From positions 1 to 42,765 of the IMG/VR virus record IMGVR_UViG_3300045988_159064: 42,765 nt of DNA; one strand, given 5' to 3'. Made by a program: the position numbers and the translations under genes. Below, piece by piece: positions 15,885 to 22,400 of the stretch. Under the pieces are notes generated by a model, which saw nothing but the letters and a program-made list of their open reading frames with translations, was not told where the DNA came from and made no database searches. Positions within the stretch are counted from its first letter, which is position 1; each line of letters opens with the position of its first letter. Origin of the DNA: a virus.

Positions 15885-15924
15885 TTTTTATTTTTTGAAA
15901 GATTTGTCATATTATATATGTAAG
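15885..15924 (+). promoter_or_regulatory. Phage-type promoter element P11 (TTTTTA-17-CATATTATATATGTAAG)
   Basis: Motif family member. Confidence 0.55.
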
Positions 15925-16218
15925 CATAAATGCTTATATGTAAGGGAGCGGCGTAATTACTACCATACGACAGACACCACCGCCCCGTTACATAGGCAGC
16001 AGGAGCAACACGGACGGCGACACATAGCAAGACACAAAAGCAAGATATGCAAAAAAACATATGCAAAAAAAACAAAGAAAAGAAATTTTCCTGCTGCCGC
16101 ACCTTTTTTCATATTTATTAAGCGCGGGAAGCATCTCCCGCGTGCGAGATAATCCCGCAAATCTTCCTCTATTTATTATATAAAGCCCTGCAGGTTCACT
16201 CCCTGCGGGGTGTTTTTT
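15920..16218 (+). ncRNA. Candidate structured non-coding RNA of about 300 nt (P11 to terminator)
   Basis: No credible ORF. AU hairpin at the 5' end (15915-15942). Long-range 9-bp stem GGCAGCAGG (15995) / CCTGCTGCC (16090). Hairpin at 16122-16143. Terminator CCCTGCAGG/CCTGCGGGG plus T-run at 16186-16218. Confidence 0.3.
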
Positions 16219-16347
16219 ATGTAAGCCAAAGCCGGCCGTACACCAAGGCCGTAAGCCGGCCGTGAACCCAGCTGCCAGAGGCAGCCGGGTATCCCGCATA
16301 CTAAAAATGCGGCGGAAAAAAGGACACAAAAAACGCCGCCAAAAAAA

Positions 16348-16383
16348 TTTTTATTTTTTTAATTATTCTGCATATTAAATATG
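16348..16383 (+). promoter_or_regulatory. Phage-type promoter element P12 (TTTTTA-17-CATATTAAATATGAGG)
   Basis: Motif family member. Precedes the helicase gene and is followed by hairpin GAGGATAA/TTGTCCTC. Confidence 0.6.
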
Positions 16384-16458
16384 AGGATAAAGAAACGCTT
16401 GTCCTCACGACGACAGAATAGAAAAAAAATGAGATATATGGAACAGGAGGAAAAAGCT

Positions 16459-18843
16459 ATGAAAGACATAGATTATCTAAATAAAATCAGTGAAATATCT
16501 GACAAAATAATAAAAATGGCGGAGCTTGGTAAAGATACGACCGCCCTGGAGCAGATGCTGCAGCAGATGATGGCAGCAGCAATGCAGCATCCGGAACCGG
16601 AAAAGGAGCCGGAAAAGGAGCCGATGGCATTACCCCCGGTAGAAAACATTGACGGGCTGCAGGTGATTACACTATCGAAAATGCCGAAAACGATGAGGGA
16701 TTGTTTTGAACGCGGTGATATCAGCCTTGTAACTACGAAAGAGCAATTTTACGAGGACGAGCTGTACGAGGCAGCCTGCAGGGTTGTGAGAGAGACAGAC
16801 AGAAATAAAATTAAATATATGCTGGAACAAAAGGCAAAAGAGCTTGGCGGAACGGCGCTCTGCAAGATGTTCACTCAGAGTTACGTGGCCAAAAAGAAAG
16901 AAATAAAAAAGAAACGAGAAGAAGAAGAAAGAAAGTTGGCAGAGGCGCTCAAGGAGCGGCAGGCAGCAGAGGCAGAGGAGAAGCGGAGAGCTGGCAACAA
17001 GACCAAGTTCACGAACATGCCCGAGTGGTGCACCGGCAATAAATACGTCGGTGAAGAATGGATTACCAATAACGACGAAGGCGTTTACAAGCTGGAAGAT
17101 TGTGGAAAGACGGTAAAACGAACCGAGGCCTGCGGCCGCCCTGTAGCTATAAATAGACTGCTGGAGCCAATAGATGAATCAGGCTGGGACGGCATAGAGC
17201 GAGTTGAGATTGTATTTGAAAGCGAAAGAGGCTGGAAGAGAAAAGTTGTAGAAAGAGAGACGCTCTTGAATAAAAATAAGGCGATTGCTCTTACAAATGA
17301 CGGTGTTGATATTACATCAGACCGGGCCGGCGCTTTTACAGGCTATATGTCCTCTATGCTGAAAGAGTCCTCTATAAGAGGGGCAATTCCGAGTAGGAAA
17401 TCTTCAAGAAAGATGGCTTTATATAAAGACGGACAAATACTTTTACCATACAGAGACCCGGAGTTTTATTTTGAAAAGAAAGCATCTATGCCAAACCTGG
17501 TAAATGCGCTACAGGCACACGGGGAGAGCGAGAAAATGGAAGAAAACCGCGATGCATGGTTTAAAGAGTTCAAGAAGATACGAGCAGAAAAGAACGGAAT
17601 GTTCAACTTCCTCACCGCATCTTCATTATGCGCACCGATTATTGGAATGATTGGGAACATTGACGGTTTTGTATGTAATGTTGTAGGAGTTACAGAATGC
17701 GGCAAGTCAGTCGCCGAGAGTGTTACAGCGACAATATGGGGCAGCTTCAAGACTTCTGATGGTTTTGTTATAGGGGCAAAAAATACATCAAATGCATTTG
17801 AGACATATGCGGATGTTCTGAATTGCCTGCCACTGACAATTGATGATTATAACAAACTGAAAGAAAAGGAAAAAGATGCATTTAAACAAATCATATATGA
17901 GATTGCGAACGGCATAGGAAAAGGAAGAGCCACGAAGGACATGGGACTGAGAGCAATGGCCTCTTATTCATTAAATCTGATAGTTACATCAGAAGAACCT
18001 TTGAGAGAAAGGGCCGGCGGCGGCGCTACAAACCGTCTGCTGACATATATGGCAGACAGTAAATGCCCTTGGACACCAGACAGAATCACCGAAATGATGA
18101 ACTTTTTTAGCACTAATTACGGGCACGCCGGAGTTGAGTACATAGAGATTTTAAACAATCTTGGACGCGGAAAGGTGCAAGACATGATTAAGACACACCG
18201 TGACGAGTTACTAGAGGCAGCAAAAGGTCAGAAAAAAACAATGAAACAGATAAACGCGATGGCGGTTCTGCTTACAGCAGATGAGATTGCAGCGAATATG
18301 CTTTTTAAGGATAAAATCAAAATCACCACCGAACAGGCGGTTGATATGCTTGAGAGCGAAGACGTGGTTCAGGCAGAGGCGCAGGCTTATGAGAAAATTA
18401 TAGATAAAATTTTCAGCAACAAACAGCACTTCCAGGGTTTGGTTGAGTGCGATAAATTAACCGGTGACCTGTGGGGCAAATTTGTCAGAGAGGACAAATA
18501 TGAGGACTACGTAGAAGTAGAGGAAGAAATAAAGACAGGAGAAAAAGACGAAACCGGAAAAGAAATTGTAAAAACAGAAAAAAGACAGGTCAAACCAACA
18601 ACGGCGGCAATGTTTAAATTTAAGCTACAGGAGCTGGCGGCAGAGGTCGGGGTTAGTTACGAAATGTTCATCGAATACCTCAGACGAAAAAAATTGTTAT
18701 ATACAGATGAAGGCAGAGATACAAAAAAAGTAATAATAAAGAGGACTGATGGAAAGAAGGGCCAGATTAGGCAGAGAATGGTAAAGTTTAGATTGCCGCA
18801 ACAGGACAATGTTCCGTTTTGCGAGGAGGATGACGAAGATTAA
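16459..18843 (+). CDS. Replicative P-loop NTPase / SF3-type helicase with a DUF927-like central domain (probable origin-binding replication protein)
   Basis: AGGAGG 8 nt before the ATG at 16459; the track start at 16381 lies inside the promoter. Walker A GVTECGKSV and Walker B LPLTIDDY. The DUF927-like assignment is from memory of the family pattern. Confidence 0.75.
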   Translation: MKDIDYLNKISEISDKIIKMAELGKDTTALEQMLQQMMAAAMQHPEPEKEPEKEPMALPPVENIDGLQVITLSKMPKTMRDCFERGDISLVTTKEQFYEDELYEAACRVVRETDRNKIKYMLEQKAKELGGTALCKMFTQSYVAKKKEIKKKREEEERKLAEALKERQAAEAEEKRRAGNKTKFTNMPEWCTGNKYVGEEWITNNDEGVYKLEDCGKTVKRTEACGRPVAINRLLEPIDESGWDGIERVEIVFESERGWKRKVVERETLLNKNKAIALTNDGVDITSDRAGAFTGYMSSMLKESSIRGAIPSRKSSRKMALYKDGQILLPYRDPEFYFEKKASMPNLVNALQAHGESEKMEENRDAWFKEFKKIRAEKNGMFNFLTASSLCAPIIGMIGNIDGFVCNVVGVTECGKSVAESVTATIWGSFKTSDGFVIGAKNTSNAFETYADVLNCLPLTIDDYNKLKEKEKDAFKQIIYEIANGIGKGRATKDMGLRAMASYSLNLIVTSEEPLRERAGGGATNRLLTYMADSKCPWTPDRITEMMNFFSTNYGHAGVEYIEILNNLGRGKVQDMIKTHRDELLEAAKGQKKTMKQINAMAVLLTADEIAANMLFKDKIKITTEQAVDMLESEDVVQAEAQAYEKIIDKIFSNKQHFQGLVECDKLTGDLWGKFVREDKYEDYVEVEEEIKTGEKDETGKEIVKTEKRQVKPTTAAMFKFKLQELAAEVGVSYEMFIEYLRRKKLLYTDEGRDTKKVIIKRTDGKKGQIRQRMVKFRLPQQDNVPFCEEDDED

Positions 18844-18849
18844 AAAAAA

Positions 18850-18875
18850 GGGACGCGAAAGCGCCCCTTTTTTTT
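18850..18875. terminator. Terminator after the helicase gene (A-run / hairpin / T-run, potentially bidirectional)
   Basis: GGGACGC-GAAA-GCGCCCC flanked by A8 and T8. Confidence 0.75.
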
Positions 18876-19345
18876 AATGGGGCAGAATACAAGATGCCCC
18901 GTTTTTTGCGGAGCAAAAGGCAGATGGCGCCCCGCCCTTGGAGCAGAAATTGCGGACGGCAGGGCGGAAAATACGGCACGGGGCGGCGTTTTTGCGGCAA
19001 AATTTGGAAATATTTACCAAAAGATACACATTGAAAAAAAGAAAAATTGGGCATATCGCCAGTGGTGCCCCGATGCCCCGCCCCGTCCAGTAAAAATGTT
19101 ATATATATATAGAAAATAAAAAAAGAAAAAAATATTTTTTTTTCTTTTTATTTCTCTATATAGGGTTATAAAATGCTGGGGCAGTTGGGGCAGTCGTTGT
19201 GGATATAGAATAAATATAATAAAATATACTATATATAGTATATAATATATATAAATATACAATATATTGTATATAAATAACTCTTTTATACAAAATACTC
19301 TGCCCCGAGATGTAGGGGCAGTGCTGGGGCGATTGGGGCTGTGGC
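18876..19345. other. Candidate replication origin: AT-only palindromic core flanked by GGGGCAG/CTGCCCC repeats
   Basis: Imperfect AT palindrome at 19111-19155. Perfect 18-bp palindromes TATACTATATATAGTATA (19225-19242) and TATACAATATATTGTATA (19256-19273). Tandem TGGGGCAGT x2 (19177-19193). GGGGC(A/G/T) or its complement at about 18879, 18895, 19067-19085, 19299, 19314, 19325 and 19334. Confidence 0.5.
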
Positions 19346-19638
19346 TATATGAAAGATATTGGTTACCAGTAATGTTATTGGCTACCGGTAGGTTGAGATA
19401 TTGCCCGTATAAAAGAAAAAATCTGCCGGCCGGAAGTTTGTTGGCGGAGGCGTTTCTTTTTTTCAGCCGGAAAGAGTGTTAGGTGTTGGCCGATGCAGTA
19501 ACGGCAGCCTCATACTTCTTTTTATACTGGCACCATCATTACCGGCAGCCATAACGTATATTCAAGGACGGCGGCGAAGCCGCCGGCCGGCCGATTTTTT
19601 GCGGATTTCTACACCACCAAAACGCAAGCTGCGAGCGG

Positions 19639-19667
19639 TTGGCTGCATACTTTCTATATGCTATAAT
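19639..19667 (+). promoter_or_regulatory. Host-type extended -10 promoter (TTGGCT-17-TGcTATAAT) with an iteron core TGCATAC in the spacer
   Basis: -35 at 19639-19644, TGC at 19659-19661, -10 at 19662-19667, TGCATAC at 19644-19650. Confidence 0.65.
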
Positions 19668-19697
19668 CTGCATATATACAGAGGAGGTGTACATATT

Positions 19698-20417
19698 ATG
19701 AGTGACGCATTACACGAGCACGCGAAGATGTTGGCAAGAAATTTATTGAGATTGCAGGTATGCACTATTGGAGAGATTGCCGAGACGCTGGAACTAGAAC
19801 CCCCGGAGGTACAAGAGCTAGCTGTTGAGGTCTATGATGAGCGGGCGGAGCAGCTGACGGCGCTGCGGCAAATTATGAATGATATAGGCGAGAAACGCGC
19901 GGGGCGGCAGCAACAAGAGGCCTTATTGTTTGATGCGATTGGTATTCTGAATCAGCTTTTGCATAGGAGAGAGCCCGGGCGCGGCGAGATTGCCGATATC
20001 AGAAACTGGATACATAATATGGCCGACCACGACCTGACGCTTTACCTTGATAAACTATATGCGGGCGGAAATGACAACGAGATATTGATTCACGGAGGGG
20101 CTTTTCTTGATGGCGTGTATGCACTTTTTATGCGTACACACTACGACGACCTGCGGCGAAATGATGATGGATTTGTTGAGCCTGACACCACCGCCGCCCC
20201 GCCCGCGCCGGATGCCGCGGCCGAGGCTTACGCGCGGGATGAAGCGCGCGATGATGCTTTCCTTGACGGTTATGACCACGGCCACCGAGACGCCAAAGAA
20301 GAGATTGCATCACGACTGCTGCAGCAGAGCCGGCTGCCTTTCCCGTCCATTGCCGGCTATACCGGGCTGACAGATGAAGAGGTGAGGACGCTTGCAGCGC
20401 GAGTTCTGAAACGGTGA
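19698..20417 (+). CDS. Putative DNA-binding protein with HTH-like motifs at both termini (239 aa)
   Basis: GAGGAGG RBS. N-terminal LLRLQVCTIGEIAETLELEPPEVQELA and C-terminal LLQQSRLPFPSIAGYTGLTDEEVRTLA resemble each other. The track start at 19476 was rejected. Confidence 0.7.
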   Translation: MSDALHEHAKMLARNLLRLQVCTIGEIAETLELEPPEVQELAVEVYDERAEQLTALRQIMNDIGEKRAGRQQQEALLFDAIGILNQLLHRREPGRGEIADIRNWIHNMADHDLTLYLDKLYAGGNDNEILIHGGAFLDGVYALFMRTHYDDLRRNDDGFVEPDTTAAPPAPDAAAEAYARDEARDDAFLDGYDHGHRDAKEEIASRLLQQSRLPFPSIAGYTGLTDEEVRTLAARVLKR

Positions 20418-20425
20418 AAATACGA

Positions 20426-21088
20426 GGTGCATACTTTTTCCCCTTCATATTTCAGGGTGCATACTTTATGTGTGCACCTTTTTTCATACCCCGGCGCGCC
20501 GTCATAATATGCATACCCAAGCCAGCCCCCGCCGCCTGCTGCGGCATAAAATGCATACACTACCCGGACACCCACTCCGCCCGCCGGCTGGCTATACCAG
20601 CCGCCGGGCTTCGCTTTTCGCACCATAAAGTGCATACACTAGGCGGAACGCTTTTCTTCCATAATGTGCATACATAAACCGCCCCTTCTTTTCTGCATTT
20701 TTTTTCTTCTTTCTTAAAAAAGTGCATACACTAGCCGGACACCAAAGGCAAAGCCGCAGCGGGCAAAAAGTGTGCATACTAGGCAGCCCCGTTTTGTTTG
20801 CAAAAAGTATGCATACAAGGCAGCCCCGGCTTTGCGGTTGATTGCGAAAAAGTGCATACACTAGCCGGACACCAGGAACAGGCCCGCAGTCGCCAAAAAG
20901 TGCATACACTAGGCCGCCCGCGTTTTGCTTTATTTTGTATGCATACTACCCGGACACAATTCGGCAAAAAGTGCATACACTAGCCGGACACCCTCCGGCA
21001 GTTCTGCGGGCAAAAAGTATGCATACAAGGCTGCCCCCAAACCGTTTCAGCTGCTGCCGGCATAAAGTGTACACCCAAGCCAGCCCCC
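20426..21088 (+). repeat. Iteron array: 15 same-orientation copies of (A)nGTGCATAC plus a GC-rich tail; consensus AAAAAGTGCATACACTAGCCGGACACC
   Basis: Core positions are about 20427, 20458, 20510, 20552, 20631, 20667, 20723, 20773, 20810, 20853, 20901, 20940, 20972, 21020 and 21067. Three perfect 27-mers lie at 20717-20743, 20847-20873 and 20966-20992. Confidence 0.9.
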
Positions 21089-21197
21089 AGGCTGGCAGAC
21101 GCCGCCACCACTCTCCGGCCGCCTGAACCCTGCTGAGCGGCTAAGCCGTAGATTTCGGCCCGCCAGCCCTTCTTTTTTGCCTTTTTTTCATTTTTTC

Positions 21198-21231
21198 TTT
21201 TGGTTTTGTAGGCCGCGGAGCGGCCGTCTGC
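21198..21231 (+). repeat. 34-bp repeat copy 1 (TTTTGGTTTTGTAGGCCGCGGAGCGGCCGTCTGC) containing the palindrome GGCCGC-GGA-GCGGCC
   Basis: 33/34 identity with 21507-21540. Preceded by a polypyrimidine tract. Confidence 0.85.
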
Positions 21232-21506
21232 CCCGTTTTTGCGGGCATACTTTACCAGCGGCAGCAGGTTTTGCCCCGGTTTAGGTACATACTCAAAGCG
21301 GGCAACGGTAAACCGCCGCACGCTTTTCGGTGGTTTTATTCTTCCCGCCAGGCCACGCGGCCGGACGCTGCCCGCCCGCACGGCCAGGCTCTCTTTATGC
21401 ATACTTTTTTGTATTTGTAGTACATCTTTTCTTTTCCTCTTTCTTTCCTTTTTCTTTTGTTTATTTATAGGTGCATACTTTTTTCGGCCTTTCTTTTAGC
21501 CTTCTT

Positions 21507-21540
21507 TTTTGGTTTTGTAGGCCGCGAAGCGGCCGTCTGC
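21507..21540 (+). repeat. 34-bp repeat copy 2
   Basis: 33/34 identity with 21198-21231, 309 bp downstream. Preceded by a polypyrimidine tract and by GTGCATAC at 21471. Confidence 0.85.
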
Positions 21541-21629
21541 ACCACCGGAAAAAGCCCGGAAGCCCGCATAAGCAGCGGCTTTGCGAGGGTTTGAGAGGAA
21601 TATTTTTAAAAATATTTTTAAAAAGTTGT

Positions 21630-21668
21630 TTTTTATTCTACATATTTTTCGGCATATTATATATGTAA
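21630..21668 (+). promoter_or_regulatory. Phage-type promoter element P13 (TTTTTA-17-CATATTATATATGTAAAGG)
   Basis: Full-length motif family member pointing toward the packaging operon. No credible ORF for about 800 nt downstream on this strand. Confidence 0.55.
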
Positions 21669-21832
21669 AGGAAATGAAAGACGTAAGCCGGATTCGCCGG
21701 CGAGCCTCCTTTTCTCTACAATTTTTTTATATACTGTCGTTGAGACGGCTGCAGCCCTGCAGGTGTAATCCCGGGGTTGTGGCTGTTTCTATTTTTGTGG
21801 AGAAAAAAGAAAAAAAGAAAAAGAAAGAAAAT

Positions 21833-21888
21833 GGCGCGGGAGTGTCTCTAAAAAAGAGATATTTTTCGCGCCTTAATTTTTGTTATTT
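21833..21888 (+). terminator. Two-tier hairpin plus U-rich tract in the P13 leader (candidate attenuator/terminator)
   Basis: Outer stem GGCGCG/CGCGCC and inner stem TCTCT-AAAAA-AGAGA, followed by TTAATTTTTGTTATTT. Confidence 0.45.
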
Positions 21889-22008
21889 GGATTGTCGCAA
21901 CCTTAAATGTGATTTTGGTAAAGCAAGTTTACCAAAAATGATTTACCAGAAATTTTCGGCAGGAAAAGAGTTTGTTTCATTACGGGCAGTTCACAGTGTA
22001 ACGGCCGC

Positions 22009-22075
22009 AAAAAGTGTACACCTTTAGGAGACACTTGGCGGCGCCAATTAAAAAGTGTACACGCTAGCCGGGCAC
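22009..22075 (+). repeat. Two outlying iteron variants (AAAAAGTGTACACCTTTAGGAGACAC and AAAAAGTGTACACGCTAGCCGGGCAC)
   Basis: At 22009-22034 and 22050-22075. The second abuts the stop codon of the minus-strand gene. Confidence 0.7.
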
Positions 22076-22350
22076 TAACGCCAGAGCCCCTCCAATAGAT
22101 ATTCCTGCAGCGAGAACAGCTCATCGAGCGTCATTCCCCCTCTGCCGAATGCGTCTTTCGCCCGTGAATATAAATGCATCGCTTCGCCCTGTATGCTGAA
22201 AAACAAATCCGGGTCATGATTGTTTGACCAGCTCTCTCTGACATCACCGCTCTCATCATATACATATTTTCGTTTCTGCTCCATTAGCTCTTCGTAGTTC
22301 ACATCCCCTGGCCAGTTCATAAATTTTATTAGTTCGTCTATCGTTCGCAT
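22075..22350 (-). CDS. Hypothetical 91-aa protein on the minority strand (moron candidate)
   Basis: AAGGAGG RBS before the ATG whose complement is at 22348-22350. The track start at 22410 was rejected. Has its own near-consensus promoter. Confidence 0.7.
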   Translation of the reverse strand: MRTIDELIKFMNWPGDVNYEELMEQKRKYVYDESGDVRESWSNNHDPDLFFSIQGEAMHLYSRAKDAFGRGGMTLDELFSLQEYLLEGLWR

Positions 22351-22371
22351 ATCATAACCTCCTTTCTTCTT

Positions 22372-22400
22372 ATTATAACGCAGCATTTTATCCAGGACAA
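22372..22400 (-). promoter_or_regulatory. Host-type sigma-A promoter (TTGTCC-17-TATAAT) for the minus-strand 91-aa gene
   Basis: -10 complements 22372-22377 and -35 complements 22395-22400, with a 17-nt spacer. Confidence 0.6.

Noticed and set aside
15872-16329. ORFs 15895-16152 (+), 15872-16102 (-), 15960-16160 (-) and 15988-16329 (-) in the second promoter array
   Set aside because: They overlap promoter elements, hairpins and terminators. They use non-ATG starts without an RBS and have a basic, low-complexity composition. The region is better explained as non-coding RNA or leader sequence.
20426-21088. The iteron array as a CRISPR array
   Set aside because: Repeat spacing is irregular (31-79 bp). 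The repeats are degenerate and fall into sub-classes. The inter-repeat segments share sequence with one another. No cas genes or leader are present.
20426-21088. The iteron array as parS sites for the ParB-like protein at 7447-7998
   Set aside because: The ParB-fold protein is paired with a PAPS-reductase-like gene (IbrA/IbrB-type context), not with a ParA ATPase. It also lies 12 kb away. This is kept only as a low-probability alternative under the iteron finding.
19476-22027. ORF-track entries inside the 18.85-22.07 kb block: 18877-19119 (+), 19267-19482 (+), the 19476-19697 extension, 20107-20370 (+), 20128-20448 (-), 20357-20635 (-), 20414-20677 (+), 20592-20909 (-), 20842-21126 (+), 20980-21402 (-), 21239-21499 (+) and 21581-22027 (+)
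   Set aside because: They run straight through the repeats and polypyrimidine tracts. They are rich in Arg, Pro, Cys and Ala, as expected from out-of-frame or non-coding GC-rich DNA. They lack RBS sequences and overlap each other in several frames. The sub-ORF starting at the ATG at 21674 (MKDVSRIRRR...) has only a weak AAAGGA RBS and a low-complexity Lys/Glu run, so it was not called.
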